In this document: positions 1 to 12,205 of the stretch, piece after piece
Position numbering within the stretch: position 1 is the stretch's first letter
How the letters are laid out: each line of letters begins with the position of its first letter
Source: Octopus sinensis
Lineage: Eukaryota
Length of the DNA stretch: 64,000 nt
Direction: 5' to 3'
Assembly: GCF_006345805.1 (NCBI RefSeq)
Contig: NC_043008.1
Coordinates: 51,522,001-51,586,000 of the forward strand
Made by a program: the position numbers and the translations under genes
Notes under the pieces: generated by a model
Database searches by the model: none
What the model was told of the DNA's origin: nothing
Seen by the model: the letters and a program-made list of their open reading frames with translations, nothing else

Positions 1-279
1 AGCAAAACTGACCAATAGAATGCATACAAGGCAAGAAAAAGAAAGGATTGGGGGTTGATTCATTCAACTAAAGATTCTTCAAGGAAGTGCCTCAGCCTGG
101 CCATAGTCAAATGACTGAAACAAGTAAAATGCAAAAAATAAAAGATAATAAAAGAAATATGATTATATTTTGTCACATAATCTTTAGGTCTTTCTCAGTT
201 AATTCAAACACTTACATCTCTCTCCCTCTATCTCTCCGTCTGTCTGTCTGTTACTCTCACTTATTGACTCATGCTCCCT

Positions 280-452
280 AAAGCACCTGCTACACTCATG
301 GAGTGGTTGGCGTTAGGAAGGGCATCCAGCCGTAGAAACATTGCCAGATCAGACTGGGCCTGGTGCAGCCTTCTGGCTTCCCAGACCCCAGTCAAACAGT
401 CCAACCCATGCCAGCATGGAAAGCGGACGCTATACGATGATGATGATGATAA
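280..452 (+). mobile_element. Short copy of the RTE LINE 3'-UTR with (GAT)n tail (SINE-like; many copies in window)
   Basis: Matches the 3'-UTR that follows the RTE ORF at 56130-56636 (ggagtggttggcgttaggaagggcatccagc...aaacgatgatgat). Further copies at about 9225, 17650, 25120, 31090, 31690, 32535, 40330, 40900, 43040, 48830, 51140 and 63200. Confidence 0.7.
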
Positions 453-1174
453 TGATAATATGATAAAAAAATGGTTTACAAAGATCTGATCAAAGACTGA
501 AAGAAAAGAAAGGACGAATTATGTGCAGGGATAATATCAAGAATTGGACAGACATTAAAATATAGTGGACGTATATAAAAAAGGAGCACACACGAAAGAT
601 CAAAGATCAAGCTGGCAATATGTGATAGTCAGCCTACTGAGAACAGATGATAGATGATGACGATGGCAACAGCAGCAATGATGTTGGTGATGGTGATGAT
701 GACGATGTAACATATGGTGTCTTCTAAAATACATACGCTTCTTCAGTAATTAATTCAACAAGCGGTACATCATAAAGCCCACTACTGCTACCTGGAAATA
801 AAACCTACACCTGCTTGGTTTAGTGTAACATATGGTGAACTCTGAACTAGATAGGATGTTTGTTACATTATTGTGAATGTTACAAGGATGGCCAAGGTGA
901 ATGGGCCTACTCAAAGCGTGTGCCTCTAGGTTGAAGAAGAAAAATGCAGAGAGGGTACATACCCTAATGGTCAGGGTGACCATGGTTTTGTGGGTTCTCC
1001 ACGAGCAGCAACAGTGAATAATTCCCCTCATTTGGGAAATCACTTATTGTAATAATTTTACTTTGTTACTGTTTTTTTTTTTACATGACTTTTTATGTAA
1101 CCTCACACTGTATTGTCCCGTAACATCCCCCAATGCCTTTAGTGAACCCTTAGGGGTACATAAAGAAAACGTTT

Positions 1175-1256
1175 TGTTGCTGTTGTTGTTGTTGGTGGTG
1201 GTGGTGGTGGTGGTGGTGGTAGTGGTGGTGGTGGTGGTGGTGGTGGTAGTAGCAGC

Positions 1257-1311
<55 letters not shown>

Positions 1312-1312
1312 A
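1175..1312. repeat. Compound trinucleotide microsatellite (GTT)n-(GTG)n-(GTA)n
   Basis: Seen directly. It explains the poly-V/T/Y/H ORFs at 1044-1392. Confidence 0.95.
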
Positions 1313-1450
1313 GATGGTGAGATGGCAGAATCGTTAACATGCCAGGCAGAAAGCTGAGCGCATTTCCCCTTGTCTTTATGTTCTGAGTTCAAATTCTACC
1401 AAGGTCTACTTAGCCTTTCATCCTTTCCAGGTCAATAAAATAAGCACCAG
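1313..1450 (+). mobile_element. tRNA-derived SINE with Nin/Deu-like central domain
   Basis: tggcagaatcgttaac head, ttcaaattc B-box-like motif and cctttcatcctttc...aataaaataagcacc core. Related copies at about 7010, 7240, 15720, 29140, 36330, 59160, 59790 and 62820. The domain name is from recall. Confidence 0.65.
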
Positions 1451-1464
1451 AGGTAAATGTACAG

Positions 1465-2250
1465 AACAAACTTCAGAACTTAGAATTTGCTCTGCTGGTT
1501 GATGAATCAACTGACATTAGCACCAAAGCAGAATTACTTGTATTCCTTCACTTTATTGATGGTAACCAAATTATGAATCAGTTCTTTTGTTGTGAAGAAA
1601 TGCCACTCACTACAAGAGGTCAAGATATTTTTGACATTTTATCTGCCTATCTTGAAAAATGTGATTTATCATGGAATTCATGTGTTGGAATATGTACCAA
1701 TGGGGCACCATCTATGCTAGGCTCTATTAAAAGTTTTGTATTGCTCATACAACAGCAAAATCCTAATGATATACATACTCATTGCTTCCTGCATAGGGAG
1801 GTATTAGTTTTAAAAGAAACACTAGTTGAGTTAAAGCAAGTATTAAATGGTTAATTATGTTAAAAGAAGGCCATTAAAAAGTCACTTATTTGAACAAATT
1901 TGTGTTATGAATTCCCAGCACAAGCACTTACTTTTACACACAAAAATCAGATGGTTCCCAGAAGGTAAGGTGCTACGTCACACGCATGAACTCCAGTAGG
2001 AATTGCATGCATTTTTTTAAAGAAGTAAAAAATAAACACTTCTCGGAAACTCTACAATATAAAATCTTGGTTTTCAAGCTGAAATATTTAAAAGAGATAT
2101 TTGCACAAATTAATAGTGCCAATGCAAGTATGAAAGGTAGAGATGAAAACATTCTCACTTTGATAGATAAGCTGGTTTCATTTAAAAAGAAAGATGTAAT
2201 TTGGAAAAATGGAGCTGAAGGTGGTAACAGTTCTATATTTAAGAGACGAG
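1465..2250 (+). pseudogene. hAT (Buster/Charlie, ZBED8/SCAND3-like) transposase fragment
   Basis: Translates FALLVDESTDIS...ICTNGAPSMLG...HTHCFLHRE (catalytic DES and CxxH motifs), with stops and frameshifts. Confidence 0.85.
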
Positions 2251-2384
2251 GAATTATGTACATTATTTACATTTGTTTGTTGTTAACACAATGTTTCAGC
2301 TGTTATACCCTCCAGCATTCATCAGGTGACTTGGGGAAATTTCGAACCTGGGTTCTCATTGCTAATGTATTTTTGATATTATTA

Positions 2385-2419
<35 letters not shown>

Positions 2420-2469
2420 ATACAAAATTCAACTTACACAGCATCTTCAGCCACCTAACCACAGGAGGT

Positions 2470-3225
2470 GAAGGAAATTTGTTGACTAGGTTGTGGAGAG
2501 ACTTGCAACTTATGAAAATTTTGCAAAGAAAATCATCTTCAGTGACGAGGCCCACTTCCACTTCAATAAACAGAACTGCCAGATTTAAGGAAATGAAAAT
2601 CCTCAAATAATGCATCCACTGAAAGCATCTGTGTGGTGTGGTGTGGTGTGGTTTTGACGTTCTTCTTTGAAAATGATGAGGTGAATGCAGTTACCATTAA
2701 TGGAGAACATTATGGAGACAAAATGTCCACTCAGTTATGGCTGAACTTGGAAGATATGGAGATTGATAACCTCTGGTTTTGGAAGAATCAAGTGACTTGC
2801 CACATTTCCTGGCAAATGCTTGCGTTATTCCATGATAAATTTCTGAAACAAGTGATATTCTTGCATGGTGGCCAGCAATAGCCACCAAGGTCCTTTTATC
2901 TTATCCCTTGTGATTTCTTCTTATGGAGGTATGTGAAATCACAGGTATACATCAAGAAACCACACACAATTTCTGAACTCAAGGCTGAAATCAGGTGTAT
3001 GATTGAAAGCATCTGACCACACATCTGTGAGAGAGTTATTGGAAATTTTGAGGAGCACATTAATGTATGCCAACTCAGTGCAGGTGGACATATGACAGAC
3101 ATTGTATTCCATACCTAAACGGGAGACATAACTCATTAGAAATATGCAGAATATAATTGTATTTATAAAAATTTGTTTTCATTATTCACCTTTCAAATTC
3201 AGCACCCTTTATGGAACACCCTGTA
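2470..3225 (+). mobile_element. Tc1/mariner-superfamily 3' fragment with right TIR
   Basis: IIFSDEAHFH, VTINGEHY and PCDFFLWRYVKSQVY motifs. Ends in TIR-like atggaacaccctg followed by TA (3224-3225). Confidence 0.8.
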
Positions 3226-3398
3226 TAGGATAGATTCTTTTAAGTTTCTGTCTACCAAATCCACACACAAGGCTTTGGTCAACCTGGGCTATAGTGTCAC
3301 ACAGTGCAACTGAACCTGAAACCATGTGGTTGGGAAGCAAAATTCTCAAGCATACAGCTATGCCTGAGCATAAATGTCAGAGTGTGTGCACATATATA

Positions 3399-4437
3399 CA
3401 GGGGTTGGACAAAATAATTGGACATGTGTTAAATTCAATGAATATTTATCTAATACAGAATTGGTCCTCCTTTAGCTTTCTGAACAGCTTCAATACATAA
3501 AGGAATTGATTCATACAGCTTCCTGACTTCATTGAGAGGAATCTTGAGCCATTCTTCCTGCAAAATCTGCTTCAGCTGTTGCAGACACGTCGCTGGAAGG
3601 TAACAACTTCTAACTTGTCTCTCCAATATGCACCACTTGGACCAAGAGAATTCCAAGAAATGGCTGCCCAAACCATCACAAACTCTCCTCTATGCTTCAT
3701 TGTAAGAAGAAGGCAGTCTGGATTAAAAGCTTCCCCGGGCTGCCTCAACACAAAAACCTGCCCTGCAGTGAGGAAAAGAGAAAAACTAGGCTCATTGGAG
3801 AATATTACTTGCTCCCATTGGTCTGTCAACCAGCCATTGTGATCTCTACACCAGCTTAGCCTTTTCTGAATGTTTTGATGAGAAAGCAGAGGTTACCTGA
3901 TGGCGGCTCTTCCATGATATCTGGCTTTAATGAGCTCACTGCAAACAGTTTTTGTCAAAACTGGACTAGTCAGATGTTGACTCAACTCTGCAGTCATTTT
4001 AGGGGCAGTTGTCTGATTTTTGATCATAGTACGATTAAACAATCGTTGGTCTCTTTCAGTGAGATTCAGAGTCCTGCTGGATTTACTCCTCCTGCTGGAG
4101 GTTTTGCCCTCCTTCTCAAATTCAGTCATGGTCCTTGATTTGCTAGCTCTTCAAGAACCAAGGAGTTCAGCTATACTATTGACGGAAGCTCCTGCATTTG
4201 ACCTCCAACAAATATGTCCTTTTTCGAACTCAGTGAGGTCACACATCTTACCTTAACTTATACTACGATCTGAAAAAGAGATAGAAATAATCATTGAATT
4301 AGATTAATAAAACCATCTATAATACAAAAAAAAAAAAAGAAAATACCCTCACTTGAAATTTGGATGGATATTCTTAATATAATGGCTCGTTGAAATATTG
4401 GAGTTTTTACTGTTCCAATTATTTTGTCCAACCTCTG
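3399..4437 (-). mobile_element. Internally deleted Tc1 element with both TIRs and TA TSD
   Basis: caggggttggacaaaataattgga at 3399 is inverted to tccaattattttgtccaacctctg ending 4437, with TA on both sides. Minus-strand pieces: HTH (LTERDQR...TVCSEL), VIFSNEP, VMVWAAIS, C-terminal EEWLKIP...KAKGG. Confidence 0.9.
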
Positions 4438-5145
4438 TATATGTCTGTGTATGTCACTCTATGTGAGTCATTGTGTGCATGACATACAATTTGAGAAATT
4501 TTTTTTTATAATTGTCTAATAATTATTCTAGTGTGGGTTAATTACAAACTATTTCAGTTTGTCTGCTTTAAAAACTGTTTTGATCTGTTCTGCTTTAAAA
4601 ACTAACCCACACTTGTTATATTGACATCAAATCTGTATGTACAAAACTAAATAACTACCTCAATACATAATCGTAACTTCTTTACTCTCTCTCTCTCACA
4701 CACACACCACACACACACACACGCAAACATATTAATATCTTAAAACAGTGTTATATTCAATGCGCATTGTGGTGAAAGCATATTGGGTCCCAAAAATGTT
4801 ATTTTGAAAGAGGTTTACCTTACAAAAATTATCATGTGGAATACTTTCATGTCTATGTTGTAGTGACATTGAGAGAACTGAAATTTGAGCTGAACTTTTG
4901 TCAACTAATGAGGTCAGAAGCCAAAGGTCAACAGTTATTATATGTCATTTTCTCAGTACTGTGCAATTTAGATACCACAATTTTTGAGAAGATAAAAATA
5001 AGGTTATCAGTTGCAGTGAGATAAGATAAAAGACAAAGAAACCGCCCCCCACCCCGGACTCTAATAGTGGTCTCAATCAACAAAAGGCATAACTATGTAG
5101 TTAAGTTCACTTCCCAAATACATAATTTCAGTGGGAGGTGGTGGT

Positions 5146-5860
5146 GGTGATGTGTGTGCGTGTGTGTGTGCATGTATGTGTTTATATGTGTGTGCATGTG
5201 TTTATGTGTGTGTTTGTGTGCATGATGTGCATATGTGCGTTTGTGTGCTTGTGTGTGTGTGTGCATGTATGTATGTGTGTTTTTGTGCATGTGTGTGCAT
5301 GCATTTATGAGTGTGTGCCCTTGTGTGTGTGTGTGTGTGTGCATGTGTTTATGTGTGTGTTTGTATGCATGTGCATATGTGCATTTGTGTGTGCTTGTGT
5401 GTGTGTGTGTGTGTGCATGTATGTATGTGTGTTTTTGTGCATGTGTGTGTATGTATGTATGTGTGTTTTTGTGCATGTGTGTGTATGTATGTATGTGTGT
5501 TTTTGTGCATGTGTGTATATGTATGTATGTGTGTTTTTGTGCATGTGTGTATATGTATGTATGTGTGTTTTTGTGCATGTGTGTATATGTATGTATGTGT
5601 GTTTTTGTGCATGTGTGTATATGTATGTATGTGTGTTTTTGTGCATGTGTGTGTATGTATGTATGTGTGTTTTTGTGCATGTGTGTATATGTATGTATGT
5701 GTGTTTTTGTGCATGTGTGTATATGTATGTATGTGTGTTTTTGTGCATGGTGTTATGTATGTATGTGTGTTTTTGTGCATGTGTGTATATGTATGTATGT
5801 GTGTTTTTGTGCATGTGTGTGTATGTATGTATGTGTGTTTTTGTGCATGTGTGTGTATGC
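5146..5860. repeat. (GT/AT)-rich compound repeat that becomes a 34-bp minisatellite
   Basis: Unit gtatgtatgtgtgtttttgtgcatgtgtgtatat repeated about 13 times from about 5415. Confidence 0.9.
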
Positions 5861-5907
5861 ATTTTATGGCATGTTTACTATTTGTTGTCTTTTTGTTTTA
5901 TGCTGTA

Positions 5908-6305
5908 CTAGCAGTATCGCCCGGCGTTGCTCGGGTTTGCAAGGGAAATAACTATATAAGCATTTTTAGAGATGTAAAGTATAATAGCCATCTCAATATG
6001 GCTAACCACAAAGTGGGGGGTGTTACTGTAGCTTTTTACGTTCTGAGATTTAATAATAAATTTTTAGAGAGTTACTTCCCTTATATATGCCAAAAATGCA
6101 TTAAAATTGGGAAAAATTGATGGTAAATTTTTTTTTTAAATCGTAGACTCATCGTAGACGCACGCTAATACCCAGAAGGGCTCGATATGAATCACGACTA
6201 TAAGATACCCGCTTTTGGTTAAACTGCACCGCAAAATGTGGGAGTAGTTAGGAATCTAAATCGTAGGAGACAGACAGCACACAACCTCTCTTTTATATAT
6301 AAAGA
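5908..6305 (-). mobile_element. Non-autonomous Helitron, copy 1
   Basis: On the minus strand: A|TCTTTATATATAAAAG 5' end, subterminal hairpin cccg-agcaacgc-cggg, CTAG|T 3' end, no TSD. Confidence 0.8.
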
Positions 6306-6584
6306 TATTGTGCAGGTAATTTTGTCTTTCATTGCTGTCTTTCTTTACATGACTCATTGCTGCTTTCTGTCCCATTCTATCCTTTTCCAATGGCTTTTAG
6401 TGTACCCATGCACTCTCTATGATAATATTATTAAGGCTGCAAGTATTGGCTTTGATACAATCAACTGAGACTGGGTCCTCCTAAAACTGCTGGGTTTGTG
6501 ACAAAATAAGAAAAGGCAGCAAGCTGGCAGAATTGTTGGCATGTCAGACAAAATGCTTAGCAGTTTTTCTTCCAGCTCTTTCAT

Positions 6585-7005
6585 TCTTTTACTTGTTTCA
6601 GTCATTTGACTGCGGCCATACTGGAGCACCACCTAAAAGAGTTTTAGTTGAAGAAATTGACTTATTCTTTGTAAGCCTGGTTCTTATTTTATCAGTCTCT
6701 TTTGCCAAACTGTTAACTTATGGAGACATAAACACACCATCATCGGTTGTCAAGTGATGGTGGTGGGACACACAGACACAAAGACACACACACACACATA
6801 TATATATATACTTATTTATATATATATATATATATATACATACATATATGACAGGCTTCTTTCAGTTTCTGTCTACCAAATTCACTCACAAGGCTTTGGT
6901 CAGCCCAAGACCATAGTAGAAGACACTTGCCCAAGATGCCATGCAGTGGGATTGAACCTGGAAACATGTGGTTGGGAAGCAAGCATCTTACGACACAACC
7001 ACGCC
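6585..7005 (-). mobile_element. tRNA-derived CORE-type SINE with internal microsatellite
   Basis: tRNA-like head (ggttcaatcc B box), tgggcaagtgtcttctactat core, (TA/TG)n spacer, tail ending gactgaaacaagtaaaaga. Other copies at 12813-13130, 28130-28490 and 28705-29113; heads only at about 3240, 15990, 32400, 36540, 49250, 55980 and 63030. Confidence 0.8.
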
Positions 7006-7479
7006 TGCACCTTTACATTCTGAGTTCAAATTCCATCAAGTCAACTTTGCCTTTCATCTTTTGGTGGGGAGGGGGTGAAATTGATAAGAATAAAGCACCA
7101 ATCAAGCCCTGGGGTCAATATAATTGACTGATCCCCATCCACTCCCCTCGAAATTGCTGGCCTTGTGCAAAAATTAGAAAAAGATAGAAAAAATTTGAAA
7201 TAATCATTAAGATGAAAAACTGACATAATTGTTAGAGTATTGAGAAAATGCTTTGTGGCATGTTTTCTGATTATCTACATTCAAAATTTGAATCTCATTA
7301 GGGTCAACTTGGCTTTTCACCCTTCCAGGGTTTATAGAATAAAATGCTTGTCAAGTACTGAGTTCAATGGTATTGACTTACCCCAATCCAATACCATAAT
7401 TTCAGAGCATGTGCCTAAAACAGAAACAATGTTATTTTTTTAAGGAATTCTTTCAAATGACCAGAAATCTCTTTAACAG

Positions 7480-7960
7480 TATTTAACTGCTTCTGTTACC
7501 TTGGTGACCGAATCGGAAGTAAGGGTGAATATTCTAAAAGCATCATAATCAGAATAAGAACAGGGAAGACAAAAATTCATGGAATTACTGCAAGTATTGG
7601 CATCAAAAGAATACATTCTCTGAGTAGGTGGTGGATTGTACAATAGCAGGGTACAAAGCGTGAAACAGCATGGAAGCAAAACATAGGCACTGAATGCAGA
7701 AAATGTGTGAAAGGCAGACAGAAATGAGTTGAGCATTTTCTGCACAATAAGCAGTGTTAGTGAGCACGAACGATAGAACACAAATGAACCAAGGAAAATA
7801 CAAGGGTAAAAAGAGGTACCTCGTGTAACATGCAAGAGAGAAAACTGCATTGATTCAAGCATACGACAAGAAAGAAGAATAACACATGGGTAAGAAGTGT
7901 TACTAGATCCAAATGGAAGAAGACATTGGAAGAGGAAGACTAAGGAAGACATACAAAAAA
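7480..7960 (+). pseudogene. Degraded RTE LINE RT C-terminal fragment
   Basis: FCYLGDRIGS...RIRTG..KFMELL resembles the 56637-57971 ORF, with many stops. Confidence 0.7.
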
Positions 7961-8902
7961 GCAGAAGTGGTTAAGCTGATATCCAGTATAACCTGTTAAA
8001 TTTTCAGGCTGTTGACTAAACTAGCACCTCCACTAGGCTGGCCTGGCAAAGAGGGTGGTTAGAAACCTAACAGGATAACCATACAGATTTGTCAAAATGA
8101 CAGATGAACCTAGTGTAGGTTCAATGATAATCAAGCAATAGCACAGGCTCTCAGAAATTCCAGGTTGGTGTCTGGCATGTTGGAAGACCATTGGGTGTGA
8201 AGTACTCCTCAACTTTTGTTAAAACATGTCTCTAGGAAAAGGTCACTCTGATATAAAACCAGATATGCAGGGAATGGCACTGAACATTTTAGGGATCTTT
8301 TACTTGCACTTGAGGTTATGGTGTTCCCACATTCCTATTAGCTTACCTCTGGATCATGTCAGCAGGCTGGAGGAAGTCTTTGAGGTGCTGTGCAAGTCTT
8401 ATTGGACCAAAAATCTTCGGTTGTGCAATCATTGGCGAGGCAACTTTCTGATGTCCAGTTGAGTAGGTGAGCATTGTGGTGAGCATGGAAGCTGCAGGCA
8501 TGAAGGCGGAGACTGCTGGTGCAATAACATTATGCACAGTCATCGCTGACATTTTGCATGGTCAATAGTCTGTGATGGTTTGTTGCAGTCATGAGTGGAT
8601 AGCCACTGTCATCACACACACACACACACATAAGAGTGTGTGTATCCCGTGCCACTTGCTGACAACCAATATCAGCTTCTTTACATTCTTGCAACTTTGC
8701 AGTTTGGCAAAAGTGACTGGTAGAATAAGTTATGTTTGCAAACTTCTGCCAAGGTAGACTTTGCCTCTCATCCTTTCTGGGTCAATTGAATAAGTACCAA
8801 TTACACACTGTGGCCAATGTAATCAACTTAATCACTTTGTCTGTCCTTGTTTGTCCCCTCTATGTTTATCAACATGTGGGCAATAAAGAAATAAACTATC
8901 TA

Positions 8903-9179
8903 TAAATCCGGGTTTAGTCATAAATTGATCAAGTTAGTCGTGTTTTAACAGTTTTGTGACATTAGCTAAAAACAGTCAGAATTAGCAAAGCTGTTGATTA
9001 CAGGCAGAAGCTGTGGAAATTGTGATGACAATAAAACACCACCAAAAATAAATTTATCTTCCAAAAAGAGAGTGGCATTATCTCAATCCATTTTTATTAG
9101 AATGTATTGAGACACTATGTTGTCACAAAACTGTTAAAACTTTACTGACTTGATCAATCTGTAACTAGACCTGGATTTA
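8903..9179. mobile_element. MITE with ~59-bp imperfect TIRs
   Basis: taaatccgggtttagtcataaattgatcaag...ttttaacagttttgtgaca is inverted to tgtcacaaaactgttaaaac...cttgatcaat...cctggattta. TA at both ends. Confidence 0.8.
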
Positions 9180-9559
9180 ATTTCATATTATAAAAACTTT
9201 GCTATCAGTTATATGAATAATTGCAAAACCCATGCTAGCATGGAAAACGGACGCTAAACGATGATGATGATGATGATGATGTTTCTCTTTCACATTCAAT
9301 ACAACAAATATGTGCGTAGAGTTGTTTGGGGCTTAACAATCATGGCTGGAGTGCACAAGTTTCCCTTTTTTAGGAATTCAGAAAGATGTGTACAAATTAC
9401 TTCTTTTGCACCCATACACATACACTAGTTGAAAATTCAGTATGAATTATAAAATTAAAGCTCAACTTCAATTGAAATGACTTTTTTTTATTTTGTTATT
9501 CATATTTGTGATGAGCGTATTTAGAAACTTTATCTTCCCACTCCTTTATTGTTTTTTCA

Positions 9560-10070
9560 GCTATCTTGGTTGAAGGAACAATTCTGAACGTGGTAGATTA
9601 GTTTGTCTACCTGGGTAGCACACTCAACCGTTCTTGTTCCCCGGATGATGAAATATCTTTCAGGCTGCATAGAGCAACTGATTCCTTCTGGTCTCTTCAG
9701 TCTCATGTCTGGTCCCAGCATGACATCAGAAGGCAAACAAAAATCGCTGTGTACTGTACAGGTGTACTGACATTGCTCCTTTACTCATGTGACACATGAA
9801 CCCTTTACAAACGTCATGTAAGGGTCTTTGAATGGTTTCATCAGAGAAGTCTCAAACTTATTCTGGATGTTGACTGGACCTTAAAAACTCCAGGCATACA
9901 GGTCATGAGGACAGCTGATATCTCGAGTATTGAGGCGATGGTGCACAAGCACCGGTTACATTGGACCGGATACTTTATTAGAATGAAGGATAGCATGATC
10001 CCTAAACTGATGCTATATGGGAAACTTGTGAATGGAAAGAGACCCCAGAAGAAACCAATGCTGCGATATA
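9560..10070 (+). pseudogene. RTE/BovB-like LINE 3' fragment
   Basis: FVYLGSTL...TKIAVY...LLYSCDT...RLHWTGYFIRMKDSMIPKLMLYGKL motifs, with stops. Confidence 0.85.
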
Positions 10071-10477
10071 TGTGTACATATTTTTTATATATATGTGTGC
10101 ATATCTATGTGTGTATCTTTGAATTTATGAAGAAATACATGTAACTTTATGTGTGCGTTTTTATATGTGTTTGTCGAGCAAAACATCATTTTACAATTAT
10201 CTTCTCTTAAGTATTTTTCTCTTTCCTTCTCTTTCTGTTTCTCTTTTTTTCTTTTTCTTTTTTCCACGGTTTTCTTTCCCCCCACCACCCACTTATTATT
10301 ATCTGATTTTTTTTTCCTTTTTTATCTTTCGAATGTAACGATGAACTTGCATAAGCATACGCCAAGAGATTTTCTTCAAGTGCATGTGCATACATACATG
10401 CATATATAATTTTTTTTCAGAATGAGATAAAAAAAAAAAGAACCAAGGCTGTGAAGATTTTAGAACATTTATAAAGA

Positions 10478-10527
10478 TGTCTTACAGCTGTTTCCAGGAC
10501 ATTTATTATATCCCTTCATTGGAGACA
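10478..10527 (-). ncRNA. Degenerate type-I hammerhead ribozyme in a Penelope-like relic
   Basis: Minus strand: UGUCU-CCAAUGA-A-GGGAUA/UGUCCU-G-GAAA-CAGCUG-UA-AGACA. Stems I-III are present but the core has U4C and G5A. Confidence 0.55.
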
Positions 10528-11406
10528 GTGTGAGAAAATGATTAAGCAATAGATAATTTAGATAAGATACGAAATAGAGAGTGGAGTGGATGAATGAAAA
10601 TAGATGTGAGATATGAAGGGATATTGCATTTGTAGAATGGTATACATATAAGATTCCAATACCTTGTAAGTAAAATTCAATAGTATTTAAAATTTGTCAT
10701 TCCAAGTATAGAGTTTGTACACAGTGTTATTGAATCAAGGGTTTTATCTAAAGTGACCTGAAAGTAGGGGATGTATTTGTAAGGTCAAATCAAAAACAGG
10801 AAGAGAGGAATAAAGGAAAAAGAAAAAAAGAGAAGAAAAAAGGAAGAAAAAACAGGAAGAGAGGAATAAGGAAAAGAAAGAAAAAAGGTAAAAGAAAAAC
10901 AAGGAGAGAGATAATAAAGGAAAGTGTACCAGTTAGTGGTCAGTCAAGATAATTTGAAAGTAGGAATGGGGAGATGAGGGTGAGAGAGGGAGAAAGGTAT
11001 TAGAATGTAAAAAGATAGAAGGAATGGGGGGGGTGATAGAGAGAGAGGGGTATAATAATGTAAAAGGTAAAGGAGTGTCAGTTATGTAGTGATAGAGTCT
11101 AAGTGATGGAGCAGAGAGAGGGGTAGTAGTATGGAATGAAGAATTTAGGACTATATATTAAGTGGTTGGACAGGTCAGTGCTTAGTAGTAGAAGAAAATA
11201 TGTGTGAAGATGTATACATATGTATATATATATTTATACAGGTGTTTATACATATATCTACATATACAACTCGTACTCATATGTATATGTACACATGCAC
11301 ATCCATATATACGTGCATCTGTATGTATTATCGCCCATGTACATGCAGGTATATATACCTTGCATACATACATTCACACATACATACATACACACACATA
11401 TACATA

Positions 11407-11475
<69 letters not shown>

Positions 11476-11478
11476 CAC

Positions 11479-12205
11479 ACAAGATAAGAAAATGGAGAAA
11501 TACATCTAAATCAAATATCAATTACTAGATAATACTCAATCACATACTTTATTAAACCACCACATAAGAGACTGTAGGGTTAAACATAAAAAAGCAGAAC
11601 AAATCAGTGTACATAAAAGAGTAATGTTGTATAATAAGTAGAATATATATAAAAAAGAGAATATAAATATAAGTAAATATAAATATAAGTATAGATTACA
11701 TCTTACAGCTGTTTCGGCCATGTAGATAAGTATGTCTCATTTTACCAATATTAGCCTTTTATGGTAGGTCAATATATAGATATAAATGAGACATTTACAA
11801 AAATATCATAAGGCCTCTTCGGAGATATACATATACATATGAGTGCATATACTCACACTCCTATACATATAAAAATATACATATACATAATAATGTAAAT
11901 AAATAATATAAATTAGTAAACATATATATGTTCCATATCCAATGTTTCAGTTTAATAAAGTATGTGATTGAGTATTATCTGCTAATTGATATTTGATTTA
12001 GATGTATTTCTCCATTTTCTTATCTTGTATTAGTAATTTGTGGTAAATCATTTTACCTTTGCCCATATAATACAGTAAATGAATTGATTGCATCGCAATC
12101 CTTAACATTTATGTATTAACTTTGTTGGGTACTTTACTAGCAGTATATTGGATATATGTTATCCCATGGAGGGTTGCATTTACAACCCCTATCTCAATTT
12201 GTATA
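11479..12205 (-). mobile_element. Non-coding Penelope-like/retrozyme-like element with internal inverted repeat, inserted in (TA)n
   Basis: 79-bp inverted repeat (11479-11557 vs 11950-12028, 2 mismatches) flanks a hammerhead. Head and tail are shared with a shorter relative at about 18388-18597. Confidence 0.65.
11698..11828 (-). ncRNA. Type-I hammerhead ribozyme with long stem-II insertion
   Basis: Minus strand: AUAUCU-CCGAAGA-GGCC-[about 90 nt containing augucucauuu/aaaugagacau stem]-GGCC-GAAA-CAGCUG-U-A-AGAUGU. All three helices pair and helix III is the palindrome ACAGCUGU. Confidence 0.75.

Noticed and set aside
737-791. Possible 55-bp minus-strand exon (ttttatttccag acceptor, GTATGT donor; SSSGLYDVPLVELITEE)
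   Set aside because: No recognisable homology and no convincing phase-compatible partner exon. Neighbouring splice-like sites would give introns too short to be real.
5093-6120. Long ORFs rich in C/V/M/Y/H/T (also the IY-repeat ORFs at 11200, 21712-22516, 23806, 38080-38635 and 55579-56163)
   Set aside because: Translations of microsatellites, which lack stop codons by composition.
7473-7952. 159-aa minus-strand ORF
   Set aside because: Antisense shadow of a decayed RTE fragment on the plus strand.
8226-8552. GC-elevated segment with short ORFs
   Set aside because: Probably a retroelement relic, but I could not identify any diagnostic motif.
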